Shown: positions 38,808 to 48,652 of the stretch, piece by piece
Layout of the letters: each line of letters begins with the position of its first letter
Position numbering within the stretch: the first letter of the stretch is position 1
DNA from: Endomicrobiales bacterium
GTDB taxonomy: Bacteria > Elusimicrobiota > Endomicrobiia > Endomicrobiales > JALOBY01
Reading direction: 5' to 3'
DNA length: 64,000 nt
NCBI GenBank assembly: GCA_963796955.1
Contig: CAWCNJ010000004.1
Coordinates: 192,001-256,000 of the forward strand
The notes under the pieces: model-generated
What the model saw: only the letters and a program-made list of their open reading frames with translations
The model's database searches: none
What the model was told of the DNA's origin: nothing
Program-made: the position numbers and the translations under genes

Positions 38808-40942
38808 TAAAGTATTTCCTATTCGGTTGTTATTTAAATAGCTTGGTCAGCGCTCTAGTGGCTGTATTTGTACTTATAAAAGCGCCGTCTAAAAAAATAA
38901 ATGTGCTATGGTGCTTGTTTGGCATCAGCGTTGCACTATGGAGCCTCGGTCTGGGAAGAATGTCATGTTCAGTAGATCAACGAACCGCGACCTTCTGGCT
39001 CGAAAAAGTACATTATCTTGGCGCCATATTCATCCCGACTCTCTTTCTCCATTTCGTACTTGCGATGACGAAAATGGATAATGATAAACGTGGAAGGCTC
39101 ATAATATTATCGGCCTACATATTCTCAGTGACTATGCTTGTTGCTAACTTCAGCCATGCACTTGCTACAGTAGTTCCCAAGGAACCTTTCAATTATTACA
39201 CATACCCCGGGCCTTTATACAATGCATTTTCTGTCGGTTTTTTTGTATACATAGTTTATTCTCTTTACGTGCTGTATCACGAATATAAGCATCTTTCAGG
39301 AATAAAAAGGAACCAATTTAAATATCTGTTTTTTGGTATGGGTGTCGGATTCGCGGGTGGATCGACTGCATTCTTTCCAGTGTATAATATTCCGATCCCG
39401 CCGGTCGGTATTATATTCGCATCATTGTATATTGCGATAGTATCGTATGCCATCGTAAAATATCACCTGCTGGATATCAAGGTCGTCATCACCAGAGCGA
39501 GTATGTTTGTGGTTGTGTATGCATTCGTGATGGGCATACCTTTTTTCCTTTTATATCATATAAACTCGCAAATTTTGACATTGATAGTTGCCATGGTTTT
39601 AGCGACCATCGGTCCTATCTTGTATCGCAAGCTTCAGCAAAAATCTGAAAACCTGCTGCTTGCAAAACAGAGGGAATATCAAAAGCTGTTGCGTAATGTT
39701 TCGAAGGAAATGCTCAGGGTTCGCGATCTTGATAAGTTGCTTCCGTATATTGTGGAAAGCGTTACCAATGCGGTCAATCCGGAGTTTTCCGCTATATATC
39801 TGGCGCATGAAGGGGAATACGTTTTAAAGGCGTGGCGCAAGGTCAATCCCGAACCGGCGTACAGCTCTATTTCTGCCGGTCATCCCATGATAAAAGTGCT
39901 TAAGAACGTGGGCCCCATTGTTTTTTATGATGAAATGAAGGAGAATATATCTGAGATCGCCCTTCCGCTTCATTTATTGATCTCTCTTAATGTCGATAAC
40001 CGGCTGGTGGGCATATTGCTGCTGGGCAAGAAGATGGACGGCGATATGTACAGCAGCGATGACCTGGATGTATTCGAGATACTGGCGCGCCAGGCGGCTC
40101 TGGCCATAGATTATTGCATGTTCAATAAAGAGTTCCAGAAGAACGAACGAAAAATCTACGGCGATGAACTGCGTGCCAGCGTTACCGGCATGGCGAAAAC
40201 CGTGGCGCACCAGATGGTCAATCAACTCAGCAAGTTCTCCATGCCGGCGCAGTACCTTAATATGGAGTTCGAAAAGTTCCTTGAAGAGAATGCAAGCCTC
40301 GTAAAAGCGAACCCCAATTTGAAAGAGGCGATAAATAACGTTTTTAAAGTTTCAGGCGAAATAGAGATCAACGTGCAAAAAGCGCGTAACATGCTTGATA
40401 AGATGAGCTATTTCGTTAAATTCCAATCCGAAATAGCGCATGCGCACGATTCTTTAGATATAAAGCCGTTGATGGATATGGCCATGAATGAGGTACGTAA
40501 TAAACATTCCCTGCGCGATATACAAATTAACATTTCGATCCCGGAAGGCGCAAGAATATACGGCATAAAATCCATGGTTTATGATACCTTATACAATCTG
40601 CTGGATAATGCGTACGATGCGGTAGAACATAACGCCGAGGCCCGTTCCCAGAAAGAAATAGCTGAACCATATATTCCGTCGATAACTATTGCGCAATTGG
40701 ACCATGCGGACAGGGCGGTTATCTCCGTCACTGACAACGGCATCGGGATGAACGGCAAGATCTACGATAAGGTATGTAATCCCTTCTTTACCTCGAAGTC
40801 GTCTGCCACCGCTTCGATAGGAATCGGACTGTATATGGTTAAGTGCATGGTCGAAGAGATACATAACGGCAAATTATGGTTTGAATCTGAATACGGTGTG
40901 GGCTCGGTCTTTTATGTGTCGTTCCCTCACCGCAAGGCTTAA
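38804..40942 (+). CDS. Sensor histidine kinase with N-terminal multi-TM (HisKA_7TM-like) and GAF-like domains
   Basis: 7+ hydrophobic helices, YAIVKYHLLDIKVVI, GILLLGKK..YSSDD..LARQAALAI, AHQMVN, NLLDNAYDA, DNGIG, PFFTSK, GIGL. Confidence 0.85.
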   Translation: MIKYFLFGCYLNSLVSALVAVFVLIKAPSKKINVLWCLFGISVALWSLGLGRMSCSVDQRTATFWLEKVHYLGAIFIPTLFLHFVLAMTKMDNDKRGRLIILSAYIFSVTMLVANFSHALATVVPKEPFNYYTYPGPLYNAFSVGFFVYIVYSLYVLYHEYKHLSGIKRNQFKYLFFGMGVGFAGGSTAFFPVYNIPIPPVGIIFASLYIAIVSYAIVKYHLLDIKVVITRASMFVVVYAFVMGIPFFLLYHINSQILTLIVAMVLATIGPILYRKLQQKSENLLLAKQREYQKLLRNVSKEMLRVRDLDKLLPYIVESVTNAVNPEFSAIYLAHEGEYVLKAWRKVNPEPAYSSISAGHPMIKVLKNVGPIVFYDEMKENISEIALPLHLLISLNVDNRLVGILLLGKKMDGDMYSSDDLDVFEILARQAALAIDYCMFNKEFQKNERKIYGDELRASVTGMAKTVAHQMVNQLSKFSMPAQYLNMEFEKFLEENASLVKANPNLKEAINNVFKVSGEIEINVQKARNMLDKMSYFVKFQSEIAHAHDSLDIKPLMDMAMNEVRNKHSLRDIQINISIPEGARIYGIKSMVYDTLYNLLDNAYDAVEHNAEARSQKEIAEPYIPSITIAQLDHADRAVISVTDNGIGMNGKIYDKVCNPFFTSKSSATASIGIGLYMVKCMVEEIHNGKLWFESEYGVGSVFYVSFPHRKA

Positions 40943-40951
40943 GGAGCGCTG

Positions 40952-42119
40952 ATGAACGAAAATACTCAGATACAGGTGCTTGTTGTTGACGACGATAAAA
41001 GTTTGTGTGAAACTACCGCCGCGCTTATAAACGCCGGGAATGGGTATCATGCGGAGTACGTGCAGTCCGGTTCTGGAGCGCTGCACTATTTGGACGAACA
41101 TCCAGACACCGATATTGTTTTGCTGGACTTCAACCTGGGACCTGACCAGATGAACGGTCTGGATGCGCTTATGCAGCTAAAAAAGCAGAACAGCCGGGCG
41201 CAGGTTATCATGCTTACCATTGAAGATACGCTCACGACAGGGATAGCCTGTATGAAGGCGGGCGCCTTCGATTATCATGACCAAGCCGTTCCATATTAAA
41301 GTCTTCGACGAAAAAGCAAAGACCGCGCTGGAAAAACAGCGGGCTCACGAACTTTCTGAAAGCGAAAAGAATGCCATGATCGCCGGTATGGCGGAAGGAT
41401 TATCCCACTCTATCAATAACAGGTTGAGTGATTTCTCTCTTTCATCCAGCGTCCTGATCCTTGAGATCGAAAAGATGATGGAGTGCGGTTTTCGCGGGAT
41501 CGAAGGCAATCCCGAGGTGAAAAGATCGATGGATAATATCTTGAATGTGGCCTACGGCATCAGCAACAATGTCGTCAAGACGGCGGGCATCGTTCGCGGC
41601 ATTGCGAATTACGCACGTATGAAAACAGAAGGGCGCTCGAACGATTATTTTAGTTTTGAAGACAGCGTGGAAGCCGCTCTCAGGGTGCTGCGGGTTAAAG
41701 ACGGTATCGGGGATTTTCCACTGGAGGTATCGGTGGTCGGCGGCATGACGGGGAACATCGCGGTGTTGACCGAAATACTGATCGCGTTGCTGGAAAACGC
41801 GTATGAGGCGACTCAAGAGAAGGCGAATCTTGGTTCCGGCGGATATTCGCCGCACATAAAACTTTCCTTCTCAAAAGAAAAAGATACGATCACGCTGCAG
41901 GTTACCGACAATGGCATCGGCATAAAAGAGGATGTAACGCATAAAATTTACGCGCCGTATTTTACCACAAAAGCATCGGCAAGGAATTATATCGGCAGCA
42001 GTCTGTTCATGGTTAAAAAAATGATAACGGAAGAATACAACGGGCGGATCCTTTGCAGCTCGGAATCGATGAAGGGAACTGCTATACTTATAGAGATACC
42101 TGATAATGGGAGACATTAA
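40952..42119 (+). CDS. Receiver-histidine kinase hybrid, with one frameshift at ~41277
   Basis: REC (VLVVDDD..LLDF..MLT..GAFDY) joins MTKPF if one C is removed from GATTATCATGACC; then LSHSINN, LLENAYEA, DNGIGI, PYFTTK. Confidence 0.8.
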
Positions 42120-42468
42120 GTCAGTACTTATCATAGACGATGTTGAAGGGTTGAGTTATTATCTGGCCAGGACCTTTGAACGGGCCGGCGTAAAACCTTA
42201 CGAAGCCCGCGGCGGCGAGCAGGGCATACGGTTATTCAGGGAGGCCGCCCCGGACCTTGTTCTGCTGGATATGCATTTGCCCGATATGAACGGACTGGAT
42301 GTGCTGTTGAAGATCAGGGAGCTTGGTCCCGCGGCCCGAGTCATGATAATGTCCGGTGACGCCGGACTTGTCGCCCAGCTGAGGCAGACAGTCCCCGCGA
42401 TAGAATTTGTTGACAAACCGATCGACATGCGGGATCTTTTCGAAAAACTTGGACTTTCGCACAGGTAG
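42106..42468 (+). CDS. Single-domain response regulator
   Basis: VLIIDD..PDLVLLDMHLPDMNG..MSG..KP. Confidence 0.9.
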   Translation: MGDIKSVLIIDDVEGLSYYLARTFERAGVKPYEARGGEQGIRLFREAAPDLVLLDMHLPDMNGLDVLLKIRELGPAARVMIMSGDAGLVAQLRQTVPAIEFVDKPIDMRDLFEKLGLSHR

Positions 42469-42499
42469 CTGGCGCAAATGAAAAATAAGGAGGCTTGCT

Positions 42500-42946
42500 A
42501 TGGATGAACACACTGAAGCCGGTCAAAACGATTTTGGAGGCAGGCGCAGCGCGCCGCGGGCCTTTGCCAACGACCTGCTTTGCAAAGTTTCGACCGTCGA
42601 TATTCCCAATAGCGTGCATGCCAATATTTTAAATATCGGCACCTACGGCCTTATGGTGGCCCTTAAACTTAAACTTGCATCGGCCATGCCGGTTATAGTG
42701 AATATTTTCCTGCCGGTGCCGTTCGGCGAAATAGCATTAAAAGGAACCGTTTCCTGGGTGGCGAAAGAACAGGAACATTATGTGTGCGGGATTGATTTCA
42801 CTGAAAATGATGAGGACGGCAATCTGGCAACGATGAGGAGATACGTGACCAACGTCATCAAGGACACGAATATTGTCGAACGCAGGAAAAGCCGCGGGCG
42901 TGGCGCAAAAGTATCGGTGGAACGAAGGGCCAAGCGCCCCCGCTGA
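42500..42946 (+). CDS. Stand-alone PilZ-domain protein
   Basis: RRSAPRA..NIGTYGL..GTVSWV..CGIDF; AGGAGG RBS. Confidence 0.7.
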   Translation: MDEHTEAGQNDFGGRRSAPRAFANDLLCKVSTVDIPNSVHANILNIGTYGLMVALKLKLASAMPVIVNIFLPVPFGEIALKGTVSWVAKEQEHYVCGIDFTENDEDGNLATMRRYVTNVIKDTNIVERRKSRGRGAKVSVERRAKRPR

Positions 42947-42976
42947 CGCCTGATATCAGCCTCTGCGAGATTTAAG

Positions 42977-43008
42977 CCGCTTTCTTCACGAAGGCGGTTT
43001 TTTCTTTT
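42977..43008 (+). terminator. Rho-independent terminator closing the signalling cluster
   Basis: CCGCTTTC-TTCAC-GAAGGCGG followed by a T-tract. Confidence 0.7.
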
Positions 43009-43102
43009 ATGGAACCAGGTCAGCGTTATTATGAAAAACACGATTATGTTTTCCAACGAATTCAGCTATATTTGTGATGAAGGTTGAGTTAATGGAGGGA
43101 TC

Positions 43103-43825
43103 ATGCGTAAAATAGTCTATTCGATAATACTGCTGTTAATTTCTATAGTGCCGGTATATGCGGGCGGGACCGACCTGAGTTTGTGGGGCGGTTACGCGAC
43201 GTTCGCCATGAATGATGTTAATAATTTCCTCAAAGACAGCGTGGGGTCGGGCGGATCCGTTACAAAAGTAAGCGATGGCTATCTCTTCGGTGCTGATGCG
43301 TTGTTCCAGGTTAACGGAGCGCCCATGCTTTGGCTTGGTCCCCGCGTAGAGTACCTGGGCTGTACCCGGGGTAAGGCCTCAAATGCGACCGTGGATCTTA
43401 AGGAAGATCAGTACCTTATCCCTATCCTGGTCGGTGGAAAATATCAGCTGGCTGAAAGCGGCAAGTTCGGGCTTGATGGGAAGGCCTTCCTCGGAGTCGG
43501 TCTTGGGTATGCGACCACTAATTCTACCAGTTATTCCGGCACGGGTTTTGTAGGAGAATTGGGCGTCGGCGGAACATATAAAGCGTCAAGTGTCATCAGT
43601 ATTGGCTTGGACGTGGGCTATCGGTTCGCCGATCTCGGTTCGATGGGTTCCGGCGGGTATGGAAGCAGCAGCAGTAGCACCGGCACCGGGACGGGCACGG
43701 GGACTACGTATGCGAAAGGACTTAACAACACACCGCCTTTGGTAAACCCGGTCACCGGCTCCAATGTTAAGTATGATTTCAGCGGTATGATCTTGAATCT
43801 TGGCGTAACGTACCATTTTAAATAA
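43103..43825 (+). CDS. Small outer-membrane beta-barrel protein
   Basis: Signal peptide, alternating strands, C-terminal LNLGVTYHF beta-signal; S/T/G-rich loop. Confidence 0.75.
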   Translation: MRKIVYSIILLLISIVPVYAGGTDLSLWGGYATFAMNDVNNFLKDSVGSGGSVTKVSDGYLFGADALFQVNGAPMLWLGPRVEYLGCTRGKASNATVDLKEDQYLIPILVGGKYQLAESGKFGLDGKAFLGVGLGYATTNSTSYSGTGFVGELGVGGTYKASSVISIGLDVGYRFADLGSMGSGGYGSSSSSTGTGTGTGTTYAKGLNNTPPLVNPVTGSNVKYDFSGMILNLGVTYHFK

Positions 43826-43871
43826 GTAACAGTTCTTTTAGGTGCTCAGGGGGCGTAAGAGTTGTAGCGGC

Positions 43872-45026
43872 TTACTCTGAAAGGTCAAGGCTTGCGACGC
43901 TTTCGATGTGAGTGGTTTGGGGGAACATATCGACTGGTTGTATAGCGGTGGCCTTGTAGCCGAGGGTTTTCAGGACAACGAGATCCCTGGCCAGAGACGC
44001 AGGATCGCAGGAAACATACACGACCCTGCGAGGTTTAAGCCGTGCGATCTCCCTGAGCACCGATATTTCACAGCCCGCACGCGGCGGGTCCAGCACAACG
44101 ATATCAGCGGTTATACGGCGGGCTCTGGCAAGCGCGGGTAATATGGCCTCTGTTTTACCGGGAAAAAACTGAACGTTGGTTATATTATTGAATTTCGCAT
44201 TGCGCCTCGCATCATCTATCGCGGGGACCACCTCTTCTATCCCGAAAACTCTTTTAACCTTTCCTGCAATGTACAGTGTTATGGAACCGGTGCCGCAATA
44301 AAGGTCCAGCACTGAATCCTCTTTCGTGAACTTGCCCAGTTTTACGACCGTATCATACAGAACCTTTGTCATTTCCGGGTTAATCTGAAAAAACGATACC
44401 GGCGAGATGTTGAATTTAACATGGCCGATGGTTTCCCTCACCGTGTCGGCGCCGAACAGATTATAGGTTTGCCCGCCCAGTATCGCGTTACCGCGTTCCA
44501 TATTAATGTTAGTGAATATGCCTGCCACTCCCGCGATCGCTGAAAGCTCTTTCGCGATCAGCGCGGCCCGCGGCATTCTTTCCGAGTTTATAACGAAGCA
44601 TATAAGGGCTTTATTCTGGGCTGCAGAAACCCGGATAAGCACATGGCGTAAAATGCCGGTGTGTTTTTTTTCGTTATACAGCGGCACGCGGAATTTTGTG
44701 ATCGCGTCCCTGATAGGTGCTATTAGTTTGTTCGCCAGAGGATGCTGGGTAAGGCATTCTTCAATGCCGATAAGCTCGTGAGTGGCTTTTTTGTAAAAGC
44801 CAAGCGTAGGCTTGCCTGAAATATATTGCGCGGGATATTGCGCCTTGCAGCGGTAATGCCATGGTTCCTTCATTTCGATGACCGGTGCCACCAGGGAATC
44901 GTCGAGGCCGACCTTCTTCAGAGAATCTACAACGCTTTGTTTTTTATCCAGAAGCTGGGAGGGGTAATCCATAAGCTGCAACTGGCAGGAACCGCAATCG
45001 GCGGCGTAGCGACAGAGCGCCTTCAT
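43872..45026 (-). CDS. rlmD: 23S rRNA m5U1939 methyltransferase
   Basis: C..CGSCQLQ Fe-S motif, SFFQIN, DLYCGTG, DPPRAG, YVSCDP, DMFPQTTHIE. Confidence 0.92.
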   Translation of the reverse strand: MKALCRYAADCGSCQLQLMDYPSQLLDKKQSVVDSLKKVGLDDSLVAPVIEMKEPWHYRCKAQYPAQYISGKPTLGFYKKATHELIGIEECLTQHPLANKLIAPIRDAITKFRVPLYNEKKHTGILRHVLIRVSAAQNKALICFVINSERMPRAALIAKELSAIAGVAGIFTNINMERGNAILGGQTYNLFGADTVRETIGHVKFNISPVSFFQINPEMTKVLYDTVVKLGKFTKEDSVLDLYCGTGSITLYIAGKVKRVFGIEEVVPAIDDARRNAKFNNITNVQFFPGKTEAILPALARARRITADIVVLDPPRAGCEISVLREIARLKPRRVVYVSCDPASLARDLVVLKTLGYKATAIQPVDMFPQTTHIESVASLDLSE

Positions 45027-46444
45027 GAATGCGCTTTCAAATATTCGTCAATGGCGCGCGCGGCTTTTTTGCCCATGCCCATGGCTCGTATCACCGTGTC
45101 GCCGCCTACAATGTCGCCGCCGGCGAAAACACCGGGGATCGAGGTCATGAATGTATCGTCAATCTTTAGGTGGCCGTCCGGCAGTGTTTCAAGGCCCTTG
45201 GTCAAAGAAGGCAGCACGGGATTCGGCGAAAGGCCGATAGCGATTATCGCCATATTGATATCCAGCACGAAATGAGAGTCCAGGATCTCTACGGGGCTTC
45301 TGCGCCCTGTCTTATCGGGTTCGCCCAGTTCCATTTTAAGGCATTCCATACCGACAACGAATCCTTTTTCATCACCGATCAAACGCACGGGAGCGGTTAA
45401 AGCATCCAGTTGCACGCCTTCCTCGATCGCATGTGCTATCTCTTCAACGCGGGCCGGCATCTCTTCCCTGCCCCTGCGGTACACAAGATGAACTTCGGCG
45501 GCCCCGAGCCTCTTGGCCGTGCGGGCTGCATCCATCGCGGTATTACCGCCGCCCACAACCGCCACTTTGCTACCGGTATAAACAGGTGTATCGCTTACCG
45601 GGAACTTCCAGGCTTTCATAAGATTAACGCGCACAAGGAATTCGTTCGCAGAATAGACGTTGTTAAGATTTTCGCCGGGAATGTCCAGGAATTTTGGCAA
45701 GCCGGCGCCGGTGCCCACGAAAATAGCCTTATAACCTTCGCCGAAAAGCTCCGGCACCGTCTTTGTGCGCCCTATGAGATGGTTAGGCAGTATTTTTACG
45801 CCGAGGTTTTCAAGGCTTTTCAATTCGGCGTCAAGCACGCGGCTCGGCAGACGAAATTCTGGGATGCCGTATCTTAACACACCGCCCGCGGCGTGCAGCG
45901 ATTCATACACTGTTACCGCATACCCCATTTTAGCAAGGTCTCCTGCCGCGGTAAGGCCTGCGGGGCCTGAACCTATAACAGCAACGGCGAGTTTCGAGTC
46001 TCGAGTTTCGAGTCTCGAGACTGGCAAGGGATCGTTAGTTGAATTTTCTCGAGACTCGAGATTCGAGACTGAAGTTTCTTTGCCGTGATCTGATGCGTAT
46101 CTCTCCAGCCAGCCGATCGCTATGGGATTGTTCTTTTTATTAAGGATACAGGCCTTTTCGCACTGGTTCTCCTGCGGGCAAACACGCCCGCATACGGCGG
46201 GAAGATTATTTTTTTGTTTTAAGACAGCAAGGGCTTTGTCATTATCGCCTTTTGCTATGGCATCTATGAAGCCGGGAATGTTTATTTCAACGGGGCAGCC
46301 CGAAACACAGGTGGGATTTTTGCATTGGAGACAGCGCTTCGCCTCAGCGAGCGCCTGCTCGGTCGTCAGGCCAAGGTTAACTTCTAAAAAATCTTTATTG
46401 CGTTCGTTCGCCGGGCGTTCCGGCATATGAGTTGTTTTAGCCAT
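45023..46444 (-). CDS. nfnB: NfnB/SudA-like flavo-iron-sulfur subunit (glutamate synthase small-subunit homologue)
   Basis: EAKRCLQC..CP, CGRVCPQENQCE, GSGPAGL, YGIPEFRLP, GGGNTAMD; paired with an nfnA-like gene. Confidence 0.8.
   Translation of the reverse strand: MAKTTHMPERPANERNKDFLEVNLGLTTEQALAEAKRCLQCKNPTCVSGCPVEINIPGFIDAIAKGDNDKALAVLKQKNNLPAVCGRVCPQENQCEKACILNKKNNPIAIGWLERYASDHGKETSVSNLESRENSTNDPLPVSRLETRDSKLAVAVIGSGPAGLTAAGDLAKMGYAVTVYESLHAAGGVLRYGIPEFRLPSRVLDAELKSLENLGVKILPNHLIGRTKTVPELFGEGYKAIFVGTGAGLPKFLDIPGENLNNVYSANEFLVRVNLMKAWKFPVSDTPVYTGSKVAVVGGGNTAMDAARTAKRLGAAEVHLVYRRGREEMPARVEEIAHAIEEGVQLDALTAPVRLIGDEKGFVVGMECLKMELGEPDKTGRRSPVEILDSHFVLDINMAIIAIGLSPNPVLPSLTKGLETLPDGHLKIDDTFMTSIPGVFAGGDIVGGDTVIRAMGMGKKAARAIDEYLKAHS
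45988..46070. repeat. Intragenic heptamer tandem repeat forming a 24-bp inverted repeat
   Basis: CGAG(TTT/TCT/ACT) x5 at 45988-46022; arms 45997-46020 and 46047-46070 are complementary with 2 mismatches. Confidence 0.85.
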
Positions 46445-47264
46445 TTTTATTTTTCCGGTCCAGAGAAGCTTTCTCCTGGGTTTTAAATGATGCCTGGCGG
46501 GCTATCAGTTGGTTCCAGTCTACCTGGTGGCCGTCGAATTCCGGGCCGTCCACGCAGGCAAACTTGGTTTTGCCTTCTATGGAACAGCGGCACACGCCGC
46601 ACATGCCCGTGCCGTCCAGCATGATGGGGTTTAGGGAAACGATGGTTTTTATACCGTATCCCTTCGTCAAATTGGCCACTGCCCGCATCATAGGAACCGG
46701 GCCGATGGCATAGATCATGCCGACCGTTATCTTTTTGGCGAGCAGTTCCTGCAGTTGTTCGGTCACAAAACCCTTCTTACCGTAAGAGCCGTCGTCCGTC
46801 ATCACAAATACTTCGTCGCAGGCGGCTTTCATTTCAGCCTCAAGGATTATCAGTTCTTTTGTCCTGGCACCTGTGATGCCTATAACCCGGTTGCCTGTCT
46901 TACGCAGAGCATCCGCTACGGGGAGTGCCTCGGCAACGCCTACGCCGCCGCCCACGATTATTACGGTGCCGTAATTGATCAACTCGGTAGGGTGGCCAAG
47001 CGGGCCCACAATATCAGCGATATTGTCGTTTGCGTTCAAAGCTCCCAGCAATTTCGTGGTGGTACCTACTTCCTGGAATATCAGCGTTATGCTGCCAGCC
47101 GTCGTGTCTTCCCCGGCGATGGTAAGGGGAATACGCTCGCCGTTCTCGTCCACGCGCAAGACTATGAATTGGCCGGCTTTCGCGTGAGCCGCTATAACGC
47201 CCGCCTCCACTTCAAGGCGCACAACATTCTCAGACAGCCTGGTCTTCGCGATTATACGGTTCAT
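46437..47264 (-). CDS. nfnA: NfnA/SudB-like FAD/NAD-binding 2Fe-2S subunit
   Basis: [51 protein letters not shown]. Confidence 0.85.
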   Translation of the reverse strand: MNRIIAKTRLSENVVRLEVEAGVIAAHAKAGQFIVLRVDENGERIPLTIAGEDTTAGSITLIFQEVGTTTKLLGALNANDNIADIVGPLGHPTELINYGTVIIVGGGVGVAEALPVADALRKTGNRVIGITGARTKELIILEAEMKAACDEVFVMTDDGSYGKKGFVTEQLQELLAKKITVGMIYAIGPVPMMRAVANLTKGYGIKTIVSLNPIMLDGTGMCGVCRCSIEGKTKFACVDGPEFDGHQVDWNQLIARQASFKTQEKASLDRKNKNG

Positions 47265-48625
47265 GCTTTCACTTTCGGCAAATGGTGCAGCGCATCCTGT
47301 ACCCTTTCCGCCGGGTATTCAAAATCCACCAGCTTGCCGGAAAGATAATTATCGTAGGCGGTCATATCAAAGTGGCCGTGCCCTGAGAGGTTGAACAATA
47401 TCGTGCGTTTTTCTCCACACTTTTTCGCGTCCAGCGCCTCGTCGATAGCCGCGCGGATGGCGTGCGAGGATTCCGGCGCCGGAATAATACCCTCGGATTT
47501 GGCGAACATAAGCGCCGCCTCAAAACAGGGGACCTGTTTATAGGCTTTCGCCTCAATAAGCTTCTGGTTATAGAGCGCCGAGACGATCGGTGACATGCCG
47601 TGGTATCTCAAACCGCCGGCGTGGATGCCTTCCGGCACAAAATTGTGGCCGAGCGTATACATTTTCGCTACCGGCGCCATACCGGCGGTGTCGCCGTAAT
47701 CGTAGGCATAGTGGCCCTTTGTTAATGTCGGGCAGGCGGTAGGTTCCACGGCGACCGCGCGTACTTTTTTGTGTTTACCCTGCAATTTGTCCATCAGGAA
47801 GGGGAATGCAATGCCGGCGAAATTCGAGCCGCCACCCACACAACCGATCACCACATCAGGATACGCATCCAACTTCTCCATCTGTTTTTTTGCTTCAAGG
47901 CCGATAATGGTCTGGTGCATGCAGACGTGGTTCAGAACGCTGCCAAGCGCGTATTTCGCGCCGGTCTTAACCGCCATCTCAACGGCTTCGGAAATAGCTA
48001 TGCCGAGCGAACCGGTTGAATCCGGGTCTTGTTCAAGTATTTTTTTGCCTGCGTCGGTATGGTTGGTCGGGCTTGCGTGCACTTCGGCCCCCCAAATATG
48101 CATGAGCGAACGGCGATAGGGTTTTTGCTGATAAGAAACTTTCACCATGTAGACGTCGCACTTCATTTCGAAATAATTGCAGGCAAGCGCGATAGAGCAG
48201 CCCCACTGGCCGGCGCCGGTCTCCGTCGTTATCTTTTGCACGCCCTGCATTTTGTTATAGTAGGCTTGTGGTATGGCGGTATTCGGTTTGTGCGAGCCGG
48301 CCGGGCTCACGCCTTCATACTTGTAATAGATCTCCGCCGGTGTATCCAACAGTTTTTCAAGTCTGTATGCCCGGTGCATGGGGGATGGGCGCCACAGCTT
48401 GTAGATATCCCGCACCTGCTCCGGTATGTCTATCCAGCGTTCAGTGCTTACTTCCTGCTTGATCAATTCCATAGGGAACAAAACGGCAAGATCCTCGGGT
48501 CCGATGGGGTTCAGCGTTCCGGGATGCATGACGGGCGGTAAGGCTACCGGCAGGTCAGCCTGAATATTGTACCACTGCGAGGGCATATCTTTTTCAGACA
48601 AAAGTATCTTGGTTTCTTTCACCAT
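47261..48625 (-). CDS. trpB2: TrpB2 (tryptophan synthase beta-like PLP enzyme)
   Basis: [54 protein letters not shown]. Confidence 0.93.
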   Translation of the reverse strand: MVKETKILLSEKDMPSQWYNIQADLPVALPPVMHPGTLNPIGPEDLAVLFPMELIKQEVSTERWIDIPEQVRDIYKLWRPSPMHRAYRLEKLLDTPAEIYYKYEGVSPAGSHKPNTAIPQAYYNKMQGVQKITTETGAGQWGCSIALACNYFEMKCDVYMVKVSYQQKPYRRSLMHIWGAEVHASPTNHTDAGKKILEQDPDSTGSLGIAISEAVEMAVKTGAKYALGSVLNHVCMHQTIIGLEAKKQMEKLDAYPDVVIGCVGGGSNFAGIAFPFLMDKLQGKHKKVRAVAVEPTACPTLTKGHYAYDYGDTAGMAPVAKMYTLGHNFVPEGIHAGGLRYHGMSPIVSALYNQKLIEAKAYKQVPCFEAALMFAKSEGIIPAPESSHAIRAAIDEALDAKKCGEKRTILFNLSGHGHFDMTAYDNYLSGKLVDFEYPAERVQDALHHLPKVKA

Positions 48626-48652
48626 GGCCTCCTGATATTGTTTTGGTACTGC

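Noticed and set aside
41260..41299. Programmed frameshift producing REC versus REC-kinase
   Set aside because: No slippery heptamer is visible, and similar 1-nt indels hit many unrelated genes in the window.
43650..43710. AGC and GGCACC/GGCACG microrepeats in the beta-barrel gene as a phase-variation tract
   Set aside because: The units are in-frame multiples of 3 and degenerate; they just encode a Ser/Thr/Gly loop.
45023..46444. Calling this gene glutamate synthase
   Set aside because: There is no large subunit nearby; pairing with an NfnA/SudB-type gene points to NfnAB.
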